64,000 nucleotides of DNA from Negaprion brevirostris (taxonomy: Eukaryota), in NCBI GenBank assembly GCA_030324005.1, contig JARDVH010000163.1, positions 44,755,424-44,819,423 of the forward strand, read 5' to 3'. Position 1 is the first letter of the stretch. Every line of letters starts with the position of its first letter. The notes below the pieces were generated by a model. It saw only the letters and a list, made by a program, of their open reading frames with translations. It searched no databases and was not told the DNA's origin. The position numbers and the translations under genes are program-made. Below, piece after piece: positions 36,921-50,000 of this stretch.

Positions 36921-39900
36921 ATGACTGTTATTTGGAAAATGTCTGTCTACAGGTGTATGGTGGAGTACAATGTGAAACTCAGCTTAAATATAACCAAAAG
37001 TTAAATAACTTGTTAACACTCACAATGTAAACTCACACTTAGAGTGCCATTTTGGACAAGGTTCTGAAGAGTGATTAGTCCCTGAGGAACTACAGTCAAC
37101 TTTGAGTCAGCACCTTCAGGAGGAGAACATAGTTTGTGGGTGGGTGGAAAATGTTTGAAAACTTTTAGAAATGAGTAGCATTTTTTATGTTTGGGTTTTG
37201 TTGAATAAGTTTGGAAACATCATTTGCTGAATTTGTCACAGAGCTTTTTTTTCTGAAAACAAACTCAGATTAATTTCCACAATTTAATGCAGAATTTTAT
37301 ACAATCAGATCATAAAAGTTTTTTTCAGGATTAAATGCACTTATTGTGTGTTTTAAGATAGTGGTTGTGCCTGGCCCATATTATCGCAAGTTAACCATCT
37401 ACCAGTGATAGCCATTTCAAATGCATGTTGACCATGGAGTCCATTAACTGTTTACATTGATTTCCAATAATATTTTAGCATAAAAATTCAGAAAAAATCA
37501 ATTCTTTTGGAACAATTTGTGATAAACTCGTACATGTCTATTGAGTAACGTTTTATGCCCTGAGTGGTTTACTGCTGATAAGAATGCTCCAGGAATCAAC
37601 CTGCAGTTGATTAACAGCAAAATAATTAGATTTTAGTAATTTCTGCATGGTTCTTTGAGAACAAGAAAAAGAAAGTAGCCTCAAGGCACAGTGTGTCAGT
37701 TAAGGTATTTCAATGTGACCTTCTCACTTAAAGCATGGAGTTACAGGAAGGGCAGAACTAGTCTGCAGAAAATCATACTGCAAGTTCTGAATGAAAGCAG
37801 GACTAGTGGATAGCATCCACCCCCTGCCTGTGGTACCAGGGTGTTTCCATCCGTAAAGAGATGATTCTCATATGCCCGAGAGTAAAAGTTGGATTTCCTG
37901 AAGAATTGACAATTTTCAGTTTTGAAATTTGCAAAAGCTTTATGAGACAGGGTACAGACAAAATAACTAAGTATGTATGTTGGCATTCAATCAACAGTGC
38001 AGTCATTACTGCTTCTCTCTGAAAAAAGAACCTTTCCAACATTTTCAACCTCTGGCCTCTCTCAGATGAGATTACTAAGAAAGCACCATTTTATTCTGTA
38101 GACTAACGTCCACTGGGAACAAAGTTAAGACAGCAAAAACTAATTTAACTTGGTATTAAGTGCTGAGATGAATTCATCAATTCATGGTGAAATTTATAGT
38201 GAATGGGAAAGAAACTAAAACCTTCTGAATAGTTGAAAGACTGTATTGGTTTTCAATTTTATGGCAATTTAACCTCAGATCTTTTTAAAAACACTAATAA
38301 TTTCATAATCTGCTTGTAAGACATTCTGAAAGAAATCTTGGAAATACATTATCTACTTATTAAATTGCATTAATGAGAAAAGAATGAGATATGTACTTTT
38401 ATTATGATATGGGATGAATTGCATTGATCTTTGGTATATTATACAACGGCAAGCCTCAATGCACATTCCAATTGCAAAGGAATTTGCATTTCTGACAAAA
38501 ATAGCCTATGATTTGCCTTCTTTAAAATGTGATATTTGAGTCTGTTCATTATTGTTTAACTGTGACTACAAGGGAAATTTGAGATCTATACTAGAAAGCA
38601 TTAGCAAAACAATGTTTCCTATCTGTAAGTGCTGTAGCCTGTGTGCAAGGAAAACGCTGTCGGAATCAGTTGAAACGCTTTTGCAAAAGCTAAATCTTCG
38701 TTTACTCATTGTGTCACATTAAATGTATCTTCTGGCAAAAGGCTAGAGGTTCCTGTTCCAAAAGAACCCTTGTTTACATGAACCTATACAGCATTTCATA
38801 TCAGGAAGTGACTGAGCATTGCTTAAACTGAAGGCAGGAACAAATTCATGTTCAATTATGGTTAACATCTCAGCTTGAGATTGAGCAAAACTATACTATA
38901 ATGCTGCAACTTTGGCAACTGTACCTTGTCAGGAATTTGAGTGTGTTAATAAAAAAGTTTTTGCTCACACAGCTTGCTTTCTATTCTATTTTTAGTATTC
39001 CAGATAGTGACTACCTACTTGGCTTGTTTCAACAAGGAAAAATTGCATGAGCAATCAGAGGTCAGTCTAATTCTGACCTATTTACTCACTCCACAACTGT
39101 TCTAAAGCACAGCATTAAAGAACATTGGCCCCAAAAACATGCAGGTCTTTTGGCAAATTCTTTCATAACTTCAGCTTGAGTTCAGCAAGAGGTCCCACAA
39201 AATATGCCAGCCACAGCCTTCTCTGTAGACTTTGGGAAATTCTCCTGAGATCCCTACGTGTGGTCTCTTGCAAAGCAGAGGGAAGGCAAGGAATGGGAAT
39301 TTCTGCTTCTCCTGCTAACCCGATGTTAACTTGGTACTCTTCCACTGATCTAAGTCATTCTGGCAGCACTCATTGGGTAACTGCTGGGATGGTGGCCTGT
39401 GACAACTCAGAATCAAGTGTGTCAGCTTGGAATAATCCAAGCTTAACCTGAAACTGACTGCATCTGTAGCCTGTATGTACAACCATGAAAGCATTTTTTG
39501 TGGCTGGAATAGAATCAAAATGTTTTAAAATGTGTCACAAATACCATAAATATACTTTGGGACCTACATCACAGCTGATCTGTAGAAATTATTCCAGCAA
39601 TCTAGAGTTTTGGTCATGTTTAGTATATGCGACAAGGCTTGTAAAAGATGATGCTGCATTACAGCATGCTTTTAAGAGATCTCCACTAGCTTCCTTCATG
39701 ATTTCATTTCTAAGATTCACTACCTTGTCAACTTTTTCTAATTACTTCAAAGTCTTTCTGGTAGCCAGAAGTCAGTAATGCATATGTGTTTGTGTACTTA
39801 AGGCATTTCCGCTACTCTGTCGCAGTAGAACTGCACAACTTACCTTCACCTCCCTGAACATATTACTGATCAAAATGCAACAAATTGTAGATTGCTTGCT

Positions 39901-42189
39901 ACAGTATTTCTTCAATATAAGATTCAGCGAGAGTACAGATTACATGCTTTAAGATTCAAAACACTAGTGTCCATTGAGCTGTGAGATAGATCAACTCCAC
40001 TTTATAGGCTAACAGTGGAGGATTAGCTCTACCATGGTAGGTAGTCACTTCATTATATTAAGAGCTATATTTCCAAATTCATTTAAATGATAAGTGAATT
40101 GAAAGACTGGAATTGTTTCACTCTAAATGGAAATTCACTGTATTGAGTTCACTTTAAGCAAGTTCCACTGGCTAAGCCTTAATGCTGCAAGTGTACTGAT
40201 TGCTGGGAGGTGAAGCAGTAAAAGCTGAAATGATATGAGTATTAAATTTAGTCATTTGACTTAATTATATCCAAACCTCCATTATAACAAGGGAAAAACA
40301 CCTGAAAACTGAACTATGGAACTCTTCAAATAAGCGTTATAAATTCTCCCTAATTAACAATTGACCCAGAACTGAATGGGGACTGACAACACCAAAGAAG
40401 AAGTATACAATTTCTCTTTTCCTGGCCAATATTCTGGACTGGCCCTACAGCTGGATTAAAGTAAATAAGCAAATAAACTTGAAAACATCACAAACTGCTC
40501 CCGGTGCATGAACTGTAATATTTGTCGTCATGGTTCACAAAATTGATCATCTATGCAAACTTATTCCAGCTGCTACTGGCTAGGACAATAACCAGAAAAC
40601 AAATCCACACTTAAATTCCAAAAATTAGACAAAGATCAGCATGTTAAACTTAAACAATCCAAATCTACATAACAAATGTGTAAACCTTTAAGTGTAGTTG
40701 ACCAACAAGGATCAACTCTCACTGAACCTAGGTAACATTCTCATCATCACTGGTACAGTAACAAAATACTTTGATGTTAACAGCGCCTTAGGTGCAGTCA
40801 CCATCAACTCACATAGCATAAACTTTTTGCCATTCTGTGAAACAGTGCTTTTGTCAACTGCAAGTTTTATGTGTTTTTTTTAAGTATCTGATACCATATT
40901 ATTTTGTCTCCAGTTTGTAACAGAACTTCTAAAAGCTTGAGTTATATGTAAATCTGAGGATTGAAATGAAATCTGCCCTGTGACCTTTTGTAACTTTAAA
41001 TTTAAAGAGTACATATCTGATTGTGCATGAGTAAACCCAAATAAGTTACTGGTAAATTGAAGATTTTCAGTTTCTTATCAGTGGCATTTTTCTCTCTTCT
41101 GCTCATGTGTTCTCAATCATCAACCTTCATAATATTTTCATATGAAAAAAAAATTACAGTGAACTATGACTATACAATGCAGGACAATCTTTTTTTTAAC
41201 CATTGTATCATTTTACATTTTTAATATATCCATTATGGCCTTTACATAACTTGAATGCGTATCTGTTTGGAATAAGTCAAAATATGTCTACATAAAAAGT
41301 TGTATCAATTCTATGTCAAAGAAAGCTAAAGAGGGCAATTGTTAGGATGAAATTTAGATCAATATAGGCATAAATTCCAATTCAAAATTAGATAGAATTA
41401 CATAAATAAAAATCAATACTATAATGCATTGTAATCACTAAATTTTGAAAAACAATGATTTAACTTGATAATCTTACCAAAAAGGTATATAACATGCTGA
41501 ATTTTTTTGTGTGTATTATATTTTACATAATATAGTTGCAAAACCCACTTTCAGCTTCCCAGTCATTAGTTTGTATTCCGAATCAAAGTGTATCAATCTA
41601 ATAAGCTAACAAATCACCTGATCATTTAATGTGAGGTTTCGATAAATGAGCAAAACAGAAAAGAATATTTGGATAAATGAGATTTTACTTATCCTAAGAC
41701 AGACTATGATAAGACAAAAGTTCAGACTAAAAGAAGGAGGTGCTTTTGGAATTTATCCAGAATTGTTACCTTAATTACTATATTATGCATTCAGTAAAGA
41801 AAGATGCAGTCCTGGATTGAGTTCCAGGTAATGCAGCAGATAATAAATGGGATAGATTCTGTCAGTGGTATGGAAGCCATTCTTCTTCGGCAATCTTTAT
41901 CCAAACAATAAAGGCTAAAACCTAACTAAAATGTAACAAAGGAGACTGTTTCAACTAGCTGATGAATTAGTAACAAGTGGGTATAGACTGCATAGTTCCT
42001 TGCAAAATAAAAGGAGAAGTTAAAGTATTATTTTCACAAAGCCGCTTAATAGAACATGAAACACTTTATCAAATGAGGTTATTACCAAGAGACTTCGTGC
42101 AAATTTTTTTCCAAGCAAACATGCATACAATGAGGAGGACAGTAGCAGGTTGGAAATCTGTTTGTGCTGTCAGTCTGTTTTGCTTTGCT

Positions 42190-44780
42190 TCTTTAATCCT
42201 ATTCACAGCAAAGAATCCTACTTCTGGGTTTCACCAACAATCAGAGGGCATGCAGGATGATGAAGGGAATTTTTTAGTTAAAGGAACCCTGGCAAGGACC
42301 AGATGAACTGTTGACTGATACCTGAGGCTGCATTGGCTACCGCAATGGAAAGGAGGCTTAGGATGTCTGCTCCCTGGTCTCCCACTCTTACCTGGAGGTC
42401 CTGCTGCAGGATTTGTAGAGGCGAATGAGTTAATGTTTGCCATGGATGGGAAGAATGGGCCATCCTGTCCATTTTACGGTCTTTTGACTAAGATCAAGCA
42501 TCAGATCAAGCCCAAGATGGGGTGAAGTGCCTTATCTTGCCAGCTTGAATCTTGCTTGTCTCTCTTATTGGATTCAATTAGATTGTGAATTTGATTTATG
42601 GAGCAAGCGAGGAATGGATTTGGATCTTGGTCCACTCTGAGCATTGGCTTTGTAACTTTAAGGATGGAATAAAAGAAAGAGGATGGAATTGATTGAGGAA
42701 GTGATCATTGGTTCCTCCAACCTGGAGACACTGTATTCAGAGGGATCAGGAGGCCAAAAAAGGTAAGTGCAGCAATAAATTCCAGGTGTCAAGCTCCACA
42801 CCCTGACTTTCCCACCATTTTCCTACACAGTACTCCTCAAACGATTACATCTCACAGCTCCACTCATTCTTGTCTGCCCAGGCAGCCCCATACAGCCCCA
42901 TCTGTACAGTCAATGGGCAGATTTATCTTCAGATTTGTGACATTTCATATTCATGCCTCACTCATGATCTGCAAATGTTGTTCTTCCCCCCCAAGCCATT
43001 CTGAACATCCCTTGGAAGAGAAGAGAGCGCACAGAGGCAGAGACCAAGAATGGGAAGACAAGGCCCTTCAATAGTGGCTATCTTGGCAGCCACCAAAGTG
43101 CTTGCCCATCTAATCCAGTCCAGTAGGAAAGAGGTCCTATTCCAAGATGCTGGAGATGTCACAAATGATCTGCCTTGAGAACCTGAGCTGATATGTTGAA
43201 AAGCACGTTCCACTGCCTTTAGATCCTGCGTTGAGCATTTGGCCATATCTCAATGCCCATCTCCACTGCCCTGTATAACAACATGTGGCTACATAGACTG
43301 CTCCCGTGCCACAATGAAGGGCAGTGAAGGGAAGTGAAGATAAAGTTAAGTCCCAGACAGGTGAACTGACATCCAAGAAATTGGAAATCACCTCTCAAGT
43401 GCTAACTGCACATTCTGAGGAGGAATGTGGTGTNNNNNNNNNNNNNNNNNNNNNNNNNNNNNNNNNNNNNNNNNCACTTTCACTGTTTGTAGGCTTCCCA
43501 GACCATCAACTTCACATTGTGGCCTGACACAGCTCAGGAAACCCAAGTTGGTAAAGGCAGAATGCTGGATTAAATCATAAGGAATTGACTGGCTTGGATT
43601 TTCACAATAACATAGAGCATTTGGAAGCAGTGGCAGCAGCTGAAATCTAGATCTCCTGTTCCCAATAATGGCACCTATCGTTTTCACATGACACAAATGG
43701 ATCTGGGTTGGGAATTGCACATGCACATTTCACAGAGACAGCTGCATTTATAAGTTGCCAGTGCATCCACTCATGTCTAACATTGGTGACCCAGGTATAT
43801 GAAACATCATGTGCACATATTAGACTGAGTTGCAGCATGTCTAAAATTTGTGGAGTTCTTTGGGAGGTGGGCTACCATTTTGAGGAGATAGGATATCTAT
43901 TTTGATTTGGTCCCAGAACACCTTTCACAGAGGTCAGGTCCCTCTTGGGAGAGATAAGGTGCTTCTTGGAATTACTAAATGTAGATTTCAAAATGTATTT
44001 TACGTGCATAAGCTCATTAACTGTCAAGGTCCTCGGAACTGTCACATGTGTTGAAATGAACTGTTAAAGAAAAATGTCAAAAGTAACTATCAAACTGTCA
44101 AGCTATTTACAATATCTGCCTTTTAATCTTTGAAAAAATGTCGGGAGTGTTTTTAAAAATGCTTGTCTTTTCACTTTGTTGACATAAGCTTGAGGTTTGC
44201 CTTTACTATATTCGTGCTGCATGAGGAATTTCACAACCTTCCATTATCACAGTAGGGTGCCTGCCATTTTGCAGTTTGATAGATCCAAGTGTTGGTATGA
44301 GTTGCTATTAAGTTGGCATAGGGGCTATAAAGTGCTATTGGAATAAGAAGGGCATTTGCGGTAACATAGGAGCCATAAAGAGCTATGGCATGTGTGGGGA
44401 GATTGGATTTGCATGGATGGAGCACGGGAAGTGTGTGGGGATGAGGGGTGAGGTTGGAAAGACATTTAATGTTCTACTTTTTGTTTTTAATTTCAATACA
44501 ATGCCGGAACCCAGAGGCAGGCTTTTTGCCTCCACACCCAGCAGAATCCACACTCATTCTGGGGCCACTAGCCCCACTCCCAGAGAACTCCACCAGCCCA
44601 GAACCAAAATTCCAACTTCCGGTGCACTCTCTCGAGTGTCAGATTTGGAGATCAGAAAATGACTTAACTCCATGTTCCCAACCTGGGAGCAAAATTCAGA
44701 CGTGTTATATTGTAATTGCCTATTCCATAGCTCCCCAGGGATTTCCCACTCACCTGCAACTGACCCAGGGCTGGAATTCT
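42190..44780. mobile_element. Decayed PIF/Harbinger-like DNA transposon region (boundaries approximate)
   Basis: Plus-strand frameshifted Myb/SANT-like remnant (LEVLLQ...ELMFAMDGK, about 42340-42465). Minus-strand HARBI1-like remnants QLRFSRQIICDISSILE, LVAAKIAT and HVQFPT...SAFTNLGFLS (43070-43730). Weak similarity, recognised by eye. Confidence 0.4.
42477..42498 (+). pseudogene. U2 snRNA 5'-end fragment
   Basis: cggtcttttgactaagatcaag matches U2 CGGCCTTTTGGCTAAGATCAAG at 20 of 22 positions. Similarity stops before the branch-point recognition sequence GTAGTA. Confidence 0.65.
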
Positions 44781-47700
44781 TCAACTGATCACACCGGCAG
44801 GATCTTCTGGTCCTGCCGATGGCGCATCCCTGTTGCGGGTTTCCTGGCGGTGTGGGGTGCAGTCAATGGGAAATCCTATTGACGGTGTCAGGACCAGAAG
44901 ATTTAGCTGCCAGTGAATGGCGCCCTGCCTCCTGCCACGAGAAACATGTGGATGGGAGGCCAGAGAATTCCCCCTAGGTTGAACCCATCTTGGATTCATA
45001 AACGAACGCCACTCTTTGGAGCTTTAACCCATTCCACTGCCTACACCCAAATACATCTCCCCATGACAATTAAATCTCTGTCCTGTGGCACCATTTAAAA
45101 AAAAAAATGGTTTAAACATTTTACAATGACAGAATAAAATGTAGGATAATGGAATTGCAGTAGTGAGCTCCTGAGTTCATCAGTTCACACTAGCTGAACA
45201 CGACAGAACAACTGGCCTCCTTCCATGCTGTAATTTCTATAAAAATCAACAATCTTGTTTTAAGTCACCACACACTACAATAATTACCCTGACATATTTT
45301 CCAATATTTAAAGTCTATGTTGAACATCATCAACAAACCTGCCTTGAATGACTTCAACTCCGTGGAAAATGTAATCAACAACTACACAACTTGCCACCAA
45401 GTGTTAAAATTAATCTCAAATATGATGTGCCTATCAGATCTGTGTCATTCAACTGGCCTATGGTAAGTGGCTTAGTAATAGTTCAATACTATAATGAGAT
45501 GGTTGTAGCTTTGAATGAGAACTATAATTTGGACACACTCCACGGCTGTGTTAATCATTTTTGGAATATTATAAGAATACTGTACTATCAACAGATGCAG
45601 AATATCTTAACATTAGCCAAATAACTTAAATATCAATTCATAGCAATTGGAGCAATTTATTCGCTGAAAATTCCATTTTCTTCACCAAATTCTCTGGCAA
45701 AGATAAATAATTAAAAGGTGTTGAAATTTTTTTTCTCGTTTTTCACTTGGTTCCTTTTAACATGATAAAAGAACAGTGAAAAATATTTGTTTTTGATGGA
45801 TTGAAGACATTCATTACAGATTTTACCGCATTTTGTTTATCTGTAAATTTAAAGAATGACTTGCACAGCAGTCAGCCACATTATAGAAAAACTTAAAGCT
45901 TGATAAATGGGAAACATTGTACAAGGGGTTGTGGGTTGTGGACTGCTCCACTCCTGCCCCGCCAGGTGATGCAATAAGAAAGTGGTGGCTGACATCTGGA
46001 GGGTTGCCCTGATGCACGCAGGTCAGCCCCCCAAATGAGGTTCCCCATTCTTTCCTGACCTTTATCATTTAGGCTATTAGGAACAGCCTGCCCACTCCCA
46101 CCCTGCCTGCCCATGCCAGCCATACTATGGCATGAGGAGCATTATATCCAGATCAATAGACTTGCTAGCAAGCCTATTGTTGGGTGGGTGGGCTGCCAAT
46201 TCTTGCGCCCACCTGCTGACTGTTGAAGGTGGGCAGAAAAATGTTGGGCTTCCTGATCTATTTTATATGCTTTTCCTTACCCTATCTTATCAAAAACATG
46301 CCCTGCAGGAGCATGTAAAATCCAGCCCTGGGTAAGAAAGCAGCTACCTGTAGTTCTAGTTTTAACTGTGTTTTAATAAGTGAACTTGAAACAATGTAGC
46401 ATAAATATTTTACTATGGGGCCATTCACGCCACACTCTCGCTACAGCCAAGTTGGAGAATTTGACTGCCAGCCAAATCTCTGTTCACTGCGGCAGGATGG
46501 GAAAATCCCGTTGGCTGTGAACGGTGGTGTGATTTCCAAGACTTTTATTTAAAAAGTTATACACCAGAATTTTCCCCTCCCACCTACCAAAGGAATCGTA
46601 GCAAGCAGGACACTGACTATGCAAAGATCTGTTGACCTCAGGAGAGATTTTCCAGACTTGGGGTGAGTGTAGCCAAAAAATCCCACCCATATGCTTTTTA
46701 ACTTTGAACATCGAAAGGAGGAAGTAAAAAAACTTTATTTTTAAATCTATGACCTTTAAATCTTATATTGAAATATTTCCATTTTTTTGAAAATTCAGAA
46801 AATAAAGTACAACGGCAAAAAATAGCTGGAAACAAAGGCCCTTACATTATGCTGTGAGATACTGAAACATGACTGTTTAACTCTGAAATTCTCCTGCTAA
46901 TTTAGCACAGGCACTAACACAGTTAAAATAAATGGATTAGGTTTTTCTCTAAAAGAACAGGGAAAGGAATTTCAGACAAACTCTGTGTCTTGAGCCTCAT
47001 GGCCTGCAGTGTAATTTCAGAGCAAATTAAATTGTTAACTTGGCTACTTGAATTACTGTCAGGCAAGTGGCATTCGATAGATACAAACAGAAGCTGGAAA
47101 ATCAGTAAACAAGGATACTAACAATTTTTATTAGCATAAGTACGGAAAAAGATCCAGCAAAGTGTCAGTCATTTCCTCCTAGCCAAATTAGTATCCTTTA
47201 CATTTACATTTGAAAACTAGGACAATTCAGATTTCTGCAAAGGCGATGGTGTTGATCTGAATAGGCAGGCATAAGCAATAAATGTAACTCTTCTAAACTT
47301 AATTAAATGAAAATAAAAATGGAAATCCTTGGCTCTCATCCCCAAAAATACACAAGGATTTCTCATGTACACTTTTCAATTGCCATCAGCTGATGCTAGA
47401 ATGCAACCTAATATTTGATGACCTAAGGATGTTGTTCATTTCCTGGAAGTAAAATTTCATAAATATCATAAATCAGAAAATTCTTCCGAAATAATGAGAA
47501 ATCATTGGAAGGATCTAGGGTGTGAAATTGGGTCTTTGGCAATAATTTTCAAAACAGGTGATTAAGAATCAGTAGCACATTTTGCACTTTGCCTGATTCT
47601 TTTACCCAGATTATTTTATCTTTTCCTACTAGTAACTAGTAATTGATAGTTAGAATCAATACCAAATAAGCAAACTAAAAACAACTAGCAGTAGAAAAAC

Positions 47701-49139
47701 TTGAATTTAATACGTCAACAGGAATGTAAACTAAAGAATCACTATGCTATTTGATTCAAATAAATGCTCTTTTGCTTACTACTGCTAATATTTTGTACGT
47801 TGGTGATTTGTAGAAAAGTGTTTTGAAGATGGTGAGGCTAAGATACTTTCTCTATATTTAGATTCAGTGTCTAGATATATATCTAAGTAAAATGCACAGC
47901 CATCACATAATTCACTTCTGGTGGTGCCAATTTAACGATATTCAGGGTTGAGACTGAGCAGCATTTTAATAGTGACAGAGAAACAAAGGGCTCTTAGCAT
48001 AAAATTTGTGAAATCAAGTTCTAATTTGAAGTAAATGAAACAGTATTGCAATGCCCGCACAGATTCTGTGAGGGAGTGTTGAATTAAATTGCTCCTGACA
48101 TCATTAAAATCGCAGCCGTTAAGAGTAATTTGATGTGAATAAACAGTAAAATATTTCACAGCTAGATATCACACAAAAAGCCCATGGTACTGGTAAAGTC
48201 AGTGAAGGAATGCTGCCTTTAATACCAAAGCCCATCTGTGAAAACCATAGACCATGTTAAGTGAATCAAATTTTCTGATGGACGATTATATTTCATTTCT
48301 CTTTCCTCTGAACCAGAAAACTGCACTGTATTAAAAAAAATACATTTTATTCACAGATTAATAATCCATCTTTTGCCACTGTGGTGCACCATCTCGAGAA
48401 TCAAATTGCTAGCAAAAGCTATACCGTATTTCATTATTCTCAAGCTAAATAAGGTCTTCCTCATACATATTTTCTTGCAGCGAATTAACATTCTTGTTTC
48501 AAACTCTACTGACAGTTTTTAGATTCAGAAATGTATTATACAGGAGCTGATGACATACTCCTTTCTGACCCTTACACATTTGCTTTCTGTCATTTACAGA
48601 ACATGCTGTCAGTGGAATCCTGATAAATGCTCTTGAAGATGTCACAGCAAAGCTTGGCCTTAATGCGAAACACATGCGGGTCAGTAACCCTCCATTCATC
48701 ATCAAGAAGAGGGTCAAGCTACTGCTGGATCATTGATGGTCAAAAGCAATTAACCCTTTCATTTACTATTTCTGACAGGAGTATTTGGAGTGGGATTCTC
48801 CACTGCCCTGGATTAATCACCAATGTGGGTAGTTTCATCTTTTTATTACTTTACAAGCTGTTAACGTCAGACCAAACTTTGACAAGTCAAAATAATAGGA
48901 GGAAAGAAAGCACAATTGATTTCCAAAACTGCACTTTGTATATGGTTTAAGGCCATTTCCTTTTTAAAAATCTGTTAAATATTTTGACATTTATCTTGTT
49001 TTTTTTTTCACTTTATATAATCTCAGCACTTCCACTGAAGTCAGTGGAAAATAAAATCGGTCAACATGTAAAACAGGCAGCCTGACCCAATCCTGTCAAT
49101 TTCTTTTTGGTCGGGTTAGGTTAAAAATATCCCCAGAGA

Positions 49140-50000
49140 GTTTTCTTTCTGTGGGTGTCCTTGTGAACTAGTCGTCTATGTGGCACTTTATCAAAAGCTT
49201 TGCTGCAAGCTGATTAAACAACATCCACTGTGTTCCCCCTTCCAAGGAGTTTGTTATCTCCTCAAAGAACTCTAACAGATTCGTCAGGCATGATCTCCCT
49301 CTTATAAAGCCATAGTGGCTCCCTATTATATTGCTGTGTTTCTCTAGGTTCCTTCAGGATGCTATCCACTGCTTTCCTGATCATTTTTTTCTGTTATTTT
49401 TTAATGGATCGTGTGATTACACCAAAGGTATTTTTAGATTTAACTTCTCTATGGTCGTTGAATGTTTCAGCCAGGTCTCCGGTGTTCACATTCCCATTTT
49501 CCATAGCTTTTCCATACAGCTCTGGTGCCTAAGATGTCAGTCAGTCTTTTTTCCCTTGTTGACCTCTCTTTGCTGCAAAATGTTCAGTTAATACAATGAT
49601 TGGAACTTTACGCTACTTGTATAGTGGAAGGGGAATGGTTTTGAACAAGTTCATTGTCACTTTCTCTGCTTTTAAACTCATCCCTCCATCTATGCAGTTC
49701 AAAAATCTTGTTTTTCCCTTTTTTGAAAACTGCTACACACTGTGCTAATATTTTCAGTGAGTTATCTATGAGTACCCCCAAATAGTTCTTCTATGCTCTA
49801 TGTTGTACATAAATCCCTTTTACTTTGTCAGGTTATTTCAATGTCCTCACTTTTGGATAAATTTGAGTATTAACATATAGTACTGATTCTCTGACCAGTA
49901 CTCCCTTTCGGAGTGGGCCAGTGAATTTAGTCTCCGAATTCAACTTTCCCCAATCTGATCATTTGTACTATTCCATTATATTAAATGCATTTGCCACTTG
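49140..50000 (-). mobile_element. Old CR1-class LINE RT remnant
   Basis: ggcactttatcaaaagcttttgctgcaagctgattaaacaacatccac is the antisense of VDVV-x-DxxKAFDKVP, followed by ttgttatctcctcaaagaactc (EFFEEIT). Confidence 0.6.
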
